Notes under the pieces: model-generated
Told to the model about the DNA's origin: nothing
The model's database searches: none
The model's input: the letters and a program-made list of their open reading frames with translations, nothing else
Made by a program: the position numbers and the translations under genes
Assembly (NCBI GenBank): GCA_963733035.1
Contig: CAVTBU010000005.1
Location: forward strand, 608,001-672,000
From: Pirellulales bacterium
GTDB taxonomy: Bacteria > Planctomycetota > Planctomycetia > Pirellulales > PALSA-1355
Length of the DNA stretch: 64,000 bases
Direction: 5' to 3'
Shown: positions 34,391-46,361 of the stretch, one piece after another
Layout: the number at the start of each line of letters is the position of its first letter
How positions within the stretch are numbered: the stretch's first letter is position 1

Positions 34391-36054
34391 ATGGACGAAC
34401 ATTCCACACAGACTAGTGCGTTCGCAAGCGCGCGTTGTTGGCCGTCGCCGCTAAACACCGCCGCGGCGCTGATGTTTGTGTTGCTTGCCGTGGGTTGCAC
34501 GACCAGCCTGCGCGAGTGGGCGCATAACAAGTTCAAAGTAGGCCCGAACTACACTCGCCCACCGGCGCCGGTGGCGCCAGCCTACATCGATTCTGGCAGC
34601 GACAAGCTGCTATTGGAGCCTGCCCAAGACTGCGGTTGGTGGACATCATTCAACGACCCTACCTTGAATGGCCTCATCGAGACCGCCTACCGACAGAACC
34701 TGGACCTGCGCGTCGCAGGCACGCGCATTCTCGAGGCCCGAGCCCAACGCAATATCGCAATCGGCAATTTGTTCCCACAATCGCAATCCGCATTGGGCGC
34801 ATACGCACACGGCCAGATTACTCAGAACCTCGCCCTGCCCATTCCTAGCACGTTTGACTTTTGGGCTACCGGCTTCAACGCCACCTGGGAACTCGACTTT
34901 TGGGGGCGCTATCGTCGTAGTCTGGAAGGCGCCAACGCTCAATGGGCTTCCACCGTCGAGCAGTATGGCGAAACGCTAGTGATGCTGATTTCGGAAGTCG
35001 CCACGGCGTATGTGCAACTTCGCACGTATGAAGAACGACTCGCTTTTGCTAAACACAATGTCGAGATTCAAAAAGGATCGCTCGGCCTGGCCGAGAGCCG
35101 ATTTAGCGAGGGAGTGGCCACCGAGCTCGACGTGCGGCAGGCCCGCACCAGCCTGGCCCAAACCGAGGCCGCCATTCCACCGCTCGAGGCCGGCTATCGA
35201 CAGGCCAGCAACCGGCTGTGCGTTTTGCTTGGCATGCCCGTCAACGACCTGGCGTCGCAGTTTGTGCCGGCGCCGATTCCAACGGCCCCGCCGCAGCTGG
35301 CGGTCGGCATTCCAGCCGAGTTGCTGCGGCGTCGACCGGACGTCCGACGCGCGGAACGAGAGGTCGCTTACCAGAGGCGCAGATTGGCGTGGCCGAGGCC
35401 GACCTCTATCCTCGTTTCGCTCTCAACGGTTTCTTGGGCTACGCGGCCGACGATCTCGATCGGCTGTTCCAGTCGAAAAGCTTCACGGCGTTCATTATCC
35501 CCACCGTGCAGTGGAACGTGCTCAACTACGGCCGGATTGCCAACAACATCGCCACTCAGGACGTTCGCCTGCAAGGCGCCGCGCTCCAGTACCAGCAAGT
35601 CGTGCTGCAAGCGGGCGGCGAAGTCGAGGATGCCCTGATCGGTTTCATCAAGTCCCAGCAGCAGGCCGCGAAATTGGAACAAAGCGTGAACGACGCCGAA
35701 CGATCGGTCGAACTCGTGCTGATTCAGTTCAAGGGGGGCGTGGTTGACTTCAACCGCGTGTACAACACGCAATCGACGCTGGTCAGCCAACAGGACCAGC
35801 TCGCCGTGGCTCGCGGCGAAATCGCCCTGAATCTGATTCGCGCGTACAAGGCTTTGGGGGGCGGTTGGCAGCACTTCTTCGCCGGCTGCGGCCTGCCGCC
35901 GGTCGATGCCATTCCAATCATCGGCCCCGGCCACATCGAACAGCTCCCGCCCACCGAGTCGATTCCCACGCCACTCCCCTCGCCCGAACCGCCCGCTCCG
36001 CCAGCCATCTCCGCGGAGCAAGAACCCGCGGAAGACGACAGCGACGGGAACTGA
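34391..36054 (+). CDS. NodT/TolC-family outer-membrane efflux lipoprotein (frameshift at ~35375)
   Basis: Lipobox AVGC, VGPNY, WW..FNDP.L, WELDFWGR, LLRRRPDVR, ADLYP and YKALGGGW; Pro-rich tail. Confidence 0.9.
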
Positions 36055-36414
36055 TCCCAGATTCCCACGGGGTTTCGCCGGCCGGGCATCCGGCGGACAA
36101 CGCTCCGCCCCGCGACGACACGTCTTTCTCGTTCGCGGGCACACGCAAGCATTGTGCGACAGGTGGTGGCCCGATTTCCAGCCCGTTGTAAACGCTTTGT
36201 GGCAAGCTCGCAGGGCGCGTATTTTTCAGCGTGCCTGATGCTCGACCGCCATCGACGACCGCGCTGGCGAAGCACCCGAAATGGCCCGGTTCGGAATTCG
36301 CAAAGTTTTCGAGTGGCCTTTTTTCGGGATGAAAGTTGCGCACTTTTCTTTTCGCCTTTTGTAACCTGAAAAATGACACATGTCGTAGCCCGCAGCTTTC
36401 GCATTTTGCCCGAT

Positions 36415-36591
36415 ATGAAACATGACGGTCCTCCGCGCGTCCCCGGTGCAGAATTGGCCGACCGTAGGCTAGCCCAACGGCTGGCCCGATTGATAGAGGC
36501 AAAGTTTTGGAGGGGCTTACAACGCGCGGCACGGCAAGAAGAATACGAGCAAGACGCCGCAATGCAGAGCCGCTACCAGTTGCAGCCGTGA
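36415..36591 (+). CDS. Candidate small protein (58 aa), unknown function
   Basis: ATG-initiated ORF with helical charged sequence (LAQRLARLIEAKFWRGLQRAARQEEYE) in a long intergenic gap, after an AT-rich promoter-like stretch; no clear RBS. Confidence 0.3.
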   Translation: MKHDGPPRVPGAELADRRLAQRLARLIEAKFWRGLQRAARQEEYEQDAAMQSRYQLQP

Positions 36592-36943
36592 AGATCCACT
36601 GCCGCCATGGACGTTGCGGCCGAACTGCGCCGCGCGGGCTCGTCGCCACGCAAGCCCGTAGCGCGCGATGCGCAACGATCGCCGCTTCCCGCTGCTCGAA
36701 CTTCGGCCGACCACTTTTTACACCAATTTCTCTGGACAACACTGCTAGGGGGATTTACTCTGACGGGTGGCGTGTAGTCCGCCACTCTCTTGGATCGTCT
36801 ATCTTTCGGGTGGTGCGCGCGGACGAAAATCGGGGCGACATTATGCGAGACGAAGACGCTCTCGTGACGTCGACGCGAGAATCCGGCCCAGCGGTTGCGT
36901 CTTATTCTCGTTATCGCGGTCTTAATCGGACAGAGGAAGAGCG

Positions 36944-39900
36944 ATGTCGACCCATCGAATGGTCCTGGGCGGAACCAGCGCCAGTGCGAACGCCCAGCGT
37001 TTTGCACGTTCCCGCAATTTCGCTTCCAGCCTGTGGCTCGAAGCCCTCGAACAGCGTCACCTGCTGACGGCCACCGTGGTCGAAGTTACCACCACCCAGG
37101 ACGTCATCGATCCGAACGACGGCCTCGTCTCCTTGCGCGAAGCCGTGCTCGAAGCGAACGCCTCGCCGAATGATTACCAGATCGTATTGCCGGCCGGCAC
37201 GTATACCTTGACCATCCAGGGCGCCGGCGAAGATGCCGCGCTCACTGGCGACCTCGACATACTCAATAACGGCAGCATGCAGATCGTCGGTGCCGGCGCA
37301 GGCAGTACGACAATCGATGGCTCGGGATTGTTCGACCCTACGCTGGGCCATGGTGACCATATCGTCGATGTGCGCGCTGGGGCATCGCTCGATCTGATTG
37401 GCGTGATGCTTACCGGCGCGCAAACGACGCCATCGGACGCAGGAGCCATCTGTAGCTTCGCGGGTAGCCAAGTGAATCTAATTGCCAGTTCCGTCTCAGG
37501 CAACTCTGGCGTCGGAATTCTCAACTACGGCCAGTTGACCATCACTGCCAGCACAATCGCAAACAACACCGGTTGCGGGATTATCAATAGCGGTACGTAC
37601 AACCAGCCAAACGGGCGCTTGAATGTGATCGCCAGCACGATCTCGGGAGACAGCGGTAACGACGGTGGAGGTATCTACAATTCTGGTGGAGATTTGACAG
37701 TCACCTCCAGTTCAATCACAGGCAACTCCGCAACGCGCTATGGCGGCGGCATCTATAGCACCGGCCATACGTCGATCGTCAACAGCACGTTGGCACACAA
37801 CACGGCAGACCGCGGCGGAGGAATGTACTGCTTTAACGCAAGCTTCGACGTCGACACGATCGCTGACAACTCGGCAACTTTGGGAGGCGGCATCTACGAC
37901 ATCGAGGATTTGAATATCAACAACTGCACAATTCTCGATAACTCAGCTGAAAACGGCGGCGGCATTTACGGGTCCACCGATCTAAAGATCAGCGAATCTA
38001 CAATCTCCAATAACTCGGCGGGAAACGGCGGCGGCATCTACGGCTCGTCGAATCTGAACGCTACCGGCACGTTGTTTTCCGGCAATACGGCAACAGCCTC
38101 TGGCGGTGCAATGAACCTCACCGGCGTGCAGGCGACACTGACCGACTGCACGCTTTCCCACAACTCCGCTCAGGACGGCGGCGCGATATATAGTCAGTCC
38201 TTCTGGTTGACGCTCAGCAATGATCGACTACTGGAAAACACGGCGTCGGTTCGCGGTGGTGGAATTGCTGCGAAAAGCAGCATGACGATCAATGACACAG
38301 AATTGAGGGACAATTCCGCGGGCGCCGAGGGCGGCGGAATTTACGACAGCGGCAGTCTACACTGTACCGGCAGTGCATTCTCAGGTAATTCCGCCTCCGA
38401 CGGCGGGGCGGTCTACTCCCTTATTGATCTCCAGGCAACGGTCGCAAACAGCACCTTGTCGGACAACAGGGCAACCCATGATGGCGGGGGAATCTATAGT
38501 GCCGGTGGCCTTGTGGTAACCTCCAGTACACTGACGGCGAATCATGCCGACAATTCGGGTGGCGGCGTGGCCTTTGCTGGCACCCAGCAGATGTGGTTTA
38601 TCAATAGCACGGTCTCGGGAAATTCGGCGGGCGCATATGGTGGCGGAGTCTACGTCGCGCACGTCGACGGGATCAGTTACACCCACGTGGACATCTCTTT
38701 CAGCACAATCACGTTGAATCGTGCGGGTACGGGGGGTACCGATGGACGCGGCGGCGGACTCTATCTATCCGATCGTTCGTCAACTTTGTTGCAAGATTCG
38801 ATCGTGGCCGGAAATCTGCGTGAGCAATCGCAGATTGAAGTCGCCAGCGACATCGAGCTGGGGCAAAACCCGCGTCCGATCGATGCGTCGTTCAACCTCA
38901 TCGGCGATCCCAATACGGCCGGCGGCCTGGTGAACGGCGCCAGTGGCAACATCGTCGGCGATGGGAACGGACATGCTCTGAACATCAACGCCATTCTGGA
39001 TACGACGCTGGCCGACAACGGCGGTCCAACTTTCACGCACAAGCTTCTTGATTGCAGCCCGGCCATCGACGCTGGGGATCCGTCGTTTGATCCTCACCGC
39101 TTCTATCCAGCAACGAATGTGCAAACCGACCAACGACAGGATGGCTTCCCGCGGGTCAAGAACGGACGCTTGGACATCGGCGCTTACGAGGCCGACGCCA
39201 ACCCGATTGGGCCGGGCAATGTGATCACGGTGGGCACGTTCGATGACTCGTTGGCCGTCGACGGAGTGTGGTCGCTGCGGGAGGCGGTGATGTACGCCAA
39301 CAGCCATCCCGGCGACTTTACCATCCAGCTGCCGGCCGGCACCTACACGCTCACGCGCAAGGGGGCCGGTGAAGATGCCGCAGTCACCGGCGATTTGGAT
39401 ATTCTCAACAACGGCAACATCCAGATCGTCGGCGCGGCGCTGGTCAGACCACGATCGATGCCACGGGACTCGGTGACCGGATCTTTGACGTGTTGCCCGG
39501 CGCGGCGCTCGATTTGCAGGGCGTGACATTGATGGGGGGCAACGTTTCGTCGGGAAGTCATGCCGACGAAAGTGGCGGAGCGGTCCGCAACACCAGTGGC
39601 CAGGTGAGCATCACCGCTAGCACGCTATTGGGCAACCATGCCCAAGGCGATGGCGGCGGCATTTACAACACGGCCGGAACCATCACGATCAATAACAGTA
39701 CGCTTTCCGATAATTCGGCGGGTACCTTTGGAGGCGGGCTTTCCAGTGAAGCCGGCCAGGTGACGATCAGCGCCGGCACCTCGATCTCGAACAACACAGC
39801 ATACCAAGGCGGCGGCATCTCCAGTGCGAATGGAGATACCGAGGCGATCACCGATTGCTCCATCTTGAACAATAGCGCGAGTGCTTCCCCTGGAATAAAT

Positions 39901-42393
39901 ATCACCGAAAGTACGATACAAATCGACCGCGGCACGATCTCGGGAAACTCAGGCAATGCAACCGGTGCAATCTTTAATGGTTCGGGAAGCATAACGGTCG
40001 TCGATAGCTCAATCTCGCAGAACATTGGCCCCGGTTTGCAGAATTACAACGGCGAGGCAACGGTCACCGGCAGCACTATCTCTGGGAACATCGGCGAAAA
40101 CAGCGATGGCATTCTCAGTTACGGCAGCGGCTATCTCGTCGCCAGCGGCTGCACGATCTCCGATAACGGTGCCTCGGGAATTGATGGCCGAAATGTGTTG
40201 ACGCCCTCCGCTGTCGAAACAACGATCAACGGTTGCCTGTTTTCGGGTAACAAGCGCGATGGGGTCGACGTTTTTTCGGGTACGGCAGTCATCGGCGATA
40301 GCACATTTTCGGACAACGGCCGCGATGGCATTTACAATAGCGGTGACTTGACTGCGCAAGATCTGACCGTTTCCGGCAGCGGTGAACAGGGAATCTATAC
40401 GGACGGTCAGGCCACTATTTCGGACAGCATTGTCACCGGCAGCCAGAGGGGCATCGACAATCGCGATGAAATGACGCTTACCCGAGTCACGATTTCAGGA
40501 AATGTTGACGCACATTCGGCAGGTGGCATTTACACCGATGGTCTGGCAAACCTCATCGGTTGTACGATTTCGAACAACAGCGCGCCGTACGCCGGCGGGA
40601 TTCGCAATTTCGGTGACTTGATCGTTACCGACAGCACGATCTCGGGCAATCATGCCGACACCGCCTCCGGCGGATTCGAGAACTCAGGAACGGCCGTCTT
40701 TGCGGGGGTTGTCATCTCCGGAAATAGTGCGATGTACGGCGGCGGCATGCGCAATCTTGGCCAATTAACTCTCACAAATTGCACCATCTCAAACAACGCG
40801 GCGACCGAGTACGGTGCTGGCATCTACGGTCAAGACGGTAACCTGACAATCATTGGCAGTACTGTGTCGGCCAATACAGGCGATGGATTGTTTGCCTACA
40901 GCAAATGTGTTATTCAGGACAGCACCGTTGGAGGAAACTCCGGCAACGGAATTTTCCTTGTCGGTCCCGGGGCCTACCGAATCAGCAACAGCACGATTTC
41001 TGGGAACGCCGGGGGGCTTACCTACTATGCCCATTCGGATGTCGTCCTCGACAACACGATCATCGCCGGCAATAGATCATCCGACGTTGCTGGTTACTCA
41101 GGTGCGCATCTCAATCCGGTGAGTGCGTACAATCTCATTGGTGACCCCAACACGGCCGGCGGCTTGGCCGATGGTACGAACGGCAACCTTGTGGGCGACG
41201 GAAATGGGCATGTGCTCGACATTCACACGGTTCTCGACACCACGTTGGCCGACAATGGCGGCCCGACCTTGACCTACGCCCTGGTGCCGGGAAGCCCGGC
41301 GGTCAATGCGGGCGATCCAGCGTTCGATTCCAACGCAACCGATCCGCCGACGCTCTTCGATCAACGCGGCGCGGGTTACAGTCGCGTTGTTGGACGGCAT
41401 GTGGACATCGGAGCGTATGAATCTGGTGCTACGTTCCAGACGGTCGTGGCCGGCCGGCAAATCTTTTACGACAACTCGACCTTCAATGGTAACGTTTCCG
41501 GCGTTGGTCCCTTCGATGCGTTCGCCATTGCCACCGACAAACAGGCCCTGCTCCCCAATGGCAGCCTGGCCGGGCCGCAAAACGTCACCAGTTACTCGCG
41601 TGGCATTAACGGCATCATGGTCGACATCGCCGGTTCGCATCCGGATATTACGGCCGCCGACTTCATCTTCCGCGTGGGGAGCAACAACGCGCCCGATACC
41701 TGGGCGGCGGCGCCCGCGCCATCGGCCGTGGTGGTGCTGCCGGGCCAGGGAGACGGCGGATCCGACCGGGTCGAAATCGTCTGGCCCGACGGCGCGATCA
41801 AGAATACGTATCTCGAAGTGATCGTCGCGGCCGACGCCCACACCGGCCTTTCGTCGCCCGATGAATTCTTCTTCGGCAACCGCGTTGGCGACACGCTGGC
41901 AGGCACGCCGGCGAGCTATTTTGTCACCAACGCGGCCGACGAGATCGCAGCCCGCCAGTCGACGGGCGTTGCTTATCAGATAAGCAACGCTTTGGATTTC
42001 GATCGCAACGGCGTGGTCAATGCCGCCGATCAGATCATCGCCCGCACCAATGGCGGCGTCCTGCCGCGCATTCAGATTTCGCCCCCACCCGCCCCGCTCG
42101 CGCAGCCGTCAGGCACAAGCGACGCGCTGGCCAGTAAACCAAGCGCAGACCTGCAAAACGCCGTGACCGCGTCGCTGACAGTGCCGACCGAAAGTGTCAC
42201 CGCCCACGCGGAGTCACCTGCTGGGCCTGTTGTCCTGGCAAAAGCCGCTCCACTGAGCGCCGCCCAGGTCGACCGGGCCCTGGCCGCCGATTGGTCGTAC
42301 GCCGCCGACAGTCTCGACGAGCTGTTTTCAACTGGCGATGCGAACGAAGTTGACGAAACGGCGCTCGAACTTCTCGGCGATGCTCTGACGTAG
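36944..42393 (+). CDS. Very large surface protein: LEPR-XLL leader, two CSLREA-like + beta-helix + choice-of-anchor-Q-like modules, dockerin-like C-terminal domain (frameshift at ~39435)
   Basis: EALEQRHLLT; SLREAV twice; many N.A..GGGIY repeats; LADNGGPT.T..L...SPA..AG...DQR...DIGAYE twice; DFDRNGVVNAADQ; GAGG RBS. Confidence 0.88.
37130..41420 (+). repeat. Intragenic tandem module duplication (37130-37320 vs 39270-39460; 38893-39190 vs 41131-41420)
   Basis: LPAGTYTLT..GAGEDAA.TGDLDILNNG..QIVGAG and NLIGDPNTAGGL..G..GN.VGDGNGH.L.I...LDTTLADNGGPT each occur twice, differing mostly at synonymous sites. Confidence 0.9.
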
Positions 42394-42490
42394 TCGTCCC
42401 GGTGCCCAGCCCAGTTGGACGAGGAAAGCCCGATTCGGGGGTAGCGACCGGTCTCGGCCAACCATGCAGCAACAAGGCATCCGCAGAAGG

Positions 42491-42519
42491 TTGACGGCCA
42501 ACTGGCGGTGGATTAAGAT
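42491..42519 (+). promoter_or_regulatory. Sigma70-type promoter of the DUF1553-DUF1501-ROK operon
   Basis: TTGACG-N17-TAAGAT, ending 85 nt before ATG 42604. Confidence 0.7.
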
Positions 42520-42526
42520 TCGCAAT

Positions 42527-42549
42527 TACTTAATAAACACAACTAAGTA
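42527..42549. promoter_or_regulatory. Palindromic operator, likely ROK/XylR-type repressor site
   Basis: TACTTA-N11-TAAGTA, extremely AT-rich, at the predicted transcription start; a ROK regulator is gene 3 of the operon. Confidence 0.65.
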
Positions 42550-42603
42550 TCGTCGGTCGCCTCGCGACCCGTCTTTGCCGGCCGTTCCAAGGGGGGAACT
42601 CCC

Positions 42604-44862
42604 ATGAAGCGAGCATCGAACACCGCGGCGGTCAAAACTCTCGGCTTCAGCCTGCTGATGGTTGCGGTTGGGTGCTTGCCGCTGGCGGTCGCCGGTGAAA
42701 CCGAGTGGCGGGAGGACGACTTTGAGCGGCTCGTCGCGCCGATCTTGGTGACCCGCTGCCTGGAATGTCACAACGAGTCGACGGCCTCTGGAAACCTGCT
42801 GCTTACTCACGCCGAGTCTGCCCTGCGCGGCGGCGACAGCGGTGCCGCGATCGAACCGGGGAATGCGGAGGCCAGCTTGTTGATCGAGCGCGTCGCCGCG
42901 GGCGAGATGCCTCCGGAGAGCAAAGGGCGCTCGCAGCGCTTGCCCGACGAGGAGATCCTCGCCATACGACGTTGGATCTCGGCCGGCGCCAAGTGGCCAG
43001 CCGATCGGTCGCTCGACCTGTATGAACGCACGACAGCTTCTCGAGCCGGGCGCGACTGGTGGTCGCTGCAGCCGGTGCGCCGGCCGGACGTGCCGGCGGT
43101 CGAATCGAGCGCCTGGAGCGAAAATCCGATCGACACGTTTATCTTTGCGCGTTTGACCGCCGAAGGGATGACGCCGGCGCCCGAGGCCGATCGCCGCACG
43201 CTGGTGCGCCGCGTCTATTTCGATCTCCTGGGGCTTCCGCCCACGGCCGAAGAGGTCGATGCCTTCGTGACGGACGAATCTCCCTCGGCTTACGTGCAGC
43301 TGGTCACGCGTCTGCTCGACTCGCCGCACTATGGCGAGCGGTGGGCCCGCTTCTGGCTCGACCTGGTGCGGTTTGCCGAGACCAGCGGCTACGAGCGAGA
43401 CCAGGAAAAGCCCGGCGCGTGGAAGTATCGCGATTGGGTCATTCGCGCGATCAACGACGATAAGCCGTTCGATCGCTTCGTGGTTGAGCAACTGGCCGGC
43501 GACGAGCTTCCGGGCCGTAGCGAGGAAACGGTCACGGCGACCGGATTCTTGCGGCTGGGAACCTGGAACGACGAACCGAACGATCCGCAGGACTACAAAT
43601 ACGAGCGGCTGGAAGATCTGGTGCATGTGACCAGCGCGGCATTCCTGGGAACGACCGTCAAGTGCGCCCGCTGCCACGATCACAAGTTTGACCCCATTCT
43701 GCAGGCCGACTATTACCGCATCGGAGCGGCTTTCTGGCCCGGGCCGATCGAGCCGCGCGGCCGCGAGCTGCTGGGCGGACCCACGCCTGAAGAGCTGGGC
43801 TACGACGTCTTAGGTTGGACCGACGTGTCGTGCAATCCAGCGGAGTTGCACCTGCTGAAGAAAGGGGAGCCGGCGCACCCGGGCCCGGTGGTGGAGCCGG
43901 GCGTGCTGTCGATGATCCCGAGCCTGAATTACACGCAACCAGTCCCCTCGGAAGATTCGCGCACCACGTTACGGAGGTTGCGACTGGCCCAGTGGATCGT
44001 TGATCCACGTAATCCGCTCACGGCGCGCGTGTTCGTGAATCGCCTGTGGCAACACCATTTTGGACAAGGCCTGGTGCGCACGCCGGATAACTTTGGATTC
44101 ACCGGCGATCGTCCTTCGCATCCGGAACTGCTCGATTGGTTGGCCGCCGAATTCGTCGACGAGGGCTGGACGGCCAAGCGAATGCACTTGCTGATCATGA
44201 CTTCGCGCGCCTATCGGCAAGCTTCGGTTCACCCGGCACAAGAGGCGTATGAAAAACGGGACCCGGAGGTTCGCCTGTTGTGGCGGTCGGCGCGGCGGCG
44301 GTTGGATGCCGAGGCGCTTCGCGACGCAATGTTGGCCGTCGCCGGGCAGCTCGATCCGCGCGTCGGCGGTCCTAGCTTCAAGCCCGTAATCAGCCCGGAC
44401 GCGTTGCAGGGGTTGTCGAAAAAAGGTGCCGACTACCAACCCTCGCCCGCGAGCGAGCAAGGCCGACGAAGCCTCTACATGTATTCGCAGCGGAGCCTGT
44501 TGCCGCCGTTGATGACCACGTTTGATTTTTGCGACACAACGCAGCCCTGCGGACGTCGCGACGTGAGTGTCGTGGCGCCGCAGGCATTGGCCTTGCTCAA
44601 CGGCACGTTCGCCCACGAGCAGAGCACGGCGGTCGCGTCGCGCGTCATGGAATCCGCGGGACAAGAGGCTGCGGCCCAAGTGCGCGCCGCCTTTCGCCTG
44701 GTGCTGGGGCGCGTCCCGACGGAGAGCGAATCGGCCGCGGCCCTTGCGCATCTCGAGCGGCAACAGAAGCATTTTGAGTCTTTGCCCGCTGCCGAGGCTC
44801 TGGCGCTGAGGTCGCTGTGCCACATGTTGCTCAACAGCAATGAATTCATGTTTGTCGACTAG
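42604..44862 (+). CDS. Planctomycete cytochrome c (PSCyt1)-DUF1549-DUF1553 protein
   Basis: Signal peptide, CLECH...MPP, NPIDTFI, YGERWARFWLD, CARCHDHKFDP, NPLTARVFVNRLWQHHFG and HPELLDWLA. Confidence 0.95.
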   Translation: MKRASNTAAVKTLGFSLLMVAVGCLPLAVAGETEWREDDFERLVAPILVTRCLECHNESTASGNLLLTHAESALRGGDSGAAIEPGNAEASLLIERVAAGEMPPESKGRSQRLPDEEILAIRRWISAGAKWPADRSLDLYERTTASRAGRDWWSLQPVRRPDVPAVESSAWSENPIDTFIFARLTAEGMTPAPEADRRTLVRRVYFDLLGLPPTAEEVDAFVTDESPSAYVQLVTRLLDSPHYGERWARFWLDLVRFAETSGYERDQEKPGAWKYRDWVIRAINDDKPFDRFVVEQLAGDELPGRSEETVTATGFLRLGTWNDEPNDPQDYKYERLEDLVHVTSAAFLGTTVKCARCHDHKFDPILQADYYRIGAAFWPGPIEPRGRELLGGPTPEELGYDVLGWTDVSCNPAELHLLKKGEPAHPGPVVEPGVLSMIPSLNYTQPVPSEDSRTTLRRLRLAQWIVDPRNPLTARVFVNRLWQHHFGQGLVRTPDNFGFTGDRPSHPELLDWLAAEFVDEGWTAKRMHLLIMTSRAYRQASVHPAQEAYEKRDPEVRLLWRSARRRLDAEALRDAMLAVAGQLDPRVGGPSFKPVISPDALQGLSKKGADYQPSPASEQGRRSLYMYSQRSLLPPLMTTFDFCDTTQPCGRRDVSVVAPQALALLNGTFAHEQSTAVASRVMESAGQEAAAQVRAAFRLVLGRVPTESESAAALAHLERQQKHFESLPAAEALALRSLCHMLLNSNEFMFVD

Positions 44863-44906
44863 CGTGGCTACGGACGCGCGCGGGCGTAAACCTAGGGAGC
44901 AAACCG

Positions 44907-46361
44907 ATGAACTATCGACGCCTTTATCCTTGCGGACAGACGCGCCGTGAGTTTCTGTGGCAGATGGGGGGCGGGTTTGCCGGCACGGCACTGGTCAGTC
45001 TGTTGGCCGCTGACGGTTTTTTCTCCCGCGCCGCGGCAGCCGTTCCCACGGAAAGTGCATTGGCGCCTCGCACGGGACATTTTCCCGGCACGGCGCAGCA
45101 GGTGATCTTTCTGATGATGAACGGCGGCCCGAGCCAGGTCGACACGTTCGACTTTAAGCCGGCGCTAGAAAAGTACGCCGGCCAGCCCCTGCCGCCGGAC
45201 AAGAAGTTCATCAACTCGGGCGGGCGTAAGGTCGGATTCCTGATGCCCGCGTATCGAAAGTTCCGACCGGGCGGAGAGAGCGGACTATTGATTTCCGATT
45301 ATTTCCCCGCGGTTCGCGAGCATGCCGACAAGCTGGCGGTGATTCGCTCCTGTCATACCGACAGTCATGCGCACGGCTCGGCGCTGGTGGCGATGAACAC
45401 GGGCAAGACATTCATCGGCAGGCCGTCGCTCGGTAGCTGGGCCGTCTACGGTCTAGGGACCGAGAATCAGAGCCTGCCGGGTTACGTGGTGATGCTCGAC
45501 AAACGCGGCGGACCGATCGGCGGGCAACCGAACTGGTCGAGCGGTTTCATGCCGGCCGGATACCAAGGGACGCTATTCCGTCCGGCGGGCAATCCGATTT
45601 TGGATTTGCGCGGTCCAGACTACCTGGCTGGCAATCCGCAGCGAGAACAGCTCGACTTGCTGGCGCAATTGAACGATGAACATCTCAAGATGCGACCCGG
45701 CGGACAGGAGTTGGCCGCGCGTGCGGCCTCGTACGAACTGGCCTTTCGGATGCAGGCCGAGGCGCCCGAGGCCGTCGACCTTTCGCAAGAAACCGCCGGG
45801 ACTTTGAAGAGCTACGGCGTGGGCAGCAAGCCAACCGACGAATTCGGACGCAATTGCCTGGTGGCGCGGCGACTCGTCGAGCGCGGCGTTCGATTCGTGC
45901 AGCTCTATTCCGGCGGTGGTCACCTGGAAGACACCTGGGACGCGCATACGAGCATTGAAGCAAATCACTCGCAGCACGCGGCCGAGGTAGATCAACCGAT
46001 CGCGGCACTGTTGACTGATCTTGAGCAGCGCGGCTTGCTCGATACAACGCTGGTCGTGTGGGGTGGCGAGTTTGGCCGGATGCCGTTCAGCGAAGGGCAA
46101 GGCGAAAAGGGACGCAACCACAACCCCTACGGTTTCTCGATGTGGATGGCCGGCGGTGGAGTCAAAGGCGGCATTGCGTACGGCGAGACCGACGAGTTTG
46201 GGTTCGAGGCCGTGACAAACAAGGCTCACCTGCACGACATCCACGCCACGATCTTGCATTTGCTGGGCCTGAACCACGAGTTGCTAACCTACTTCCACGA
46301 AGGACGCGATCAGCGATTGACGGACGTGGCCGGCAATGTTCTGCGGGAGATCATCGCGTGA
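44907..46361 (+). CDS. Tat-exported DUF1501 protein
   Basis: TRREFL leader, GGPSQVDTFD.KP, ARRLVERGVRFV, WDAH, GEFGRMP and RNHNP. Confidence 0.95.
   Translation: MNYRRLYPCGQTRREFLWQMGGGFAGTALVSLLAADGFFSRAAAAVPTESALAPRTGHFPGTAQQVIFLMMNGGPSQVDTFDFKPALEKYAGQPLPPDKKFINSGGRKVGFLMPAYRKFRPGGESGLLISDYFPAVREHADKLAVIRSCHTDSHAHGSALVAMNTGKTFIGRPSLGSWAVYGLGTENQSLPGYVVMLDKRGGPIGGQPNWSSGFMPAGYQGTLFRPAGNPILDLRGPDYLAGNPQREQLDLLAQLNDEHLKMRPGGQELAARAASYELAFRMQAEAPEAVDLSQETAGTLKSYGVGSKPTDEFGRNCLVARRLVERGVRFVQLYSGGGHLEDTWDAHTSIEANHSQHAAEVDQPIAALLTDLEQRGLLDTTLVVWGGEFGRMPFSEGQGEKGRNHNPYGFSMWMAGGGVKGGIAYGETDEFGFEAVTNKAHLHDIHATILHLLGLNHELLTYFHEGRDQRLTDVAGNVLREIIA

Noticed and set aside
44907..46361. Calling DUF1501 a sulfatase
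   Set aside because: No C/SxPxR formylglycine motif.
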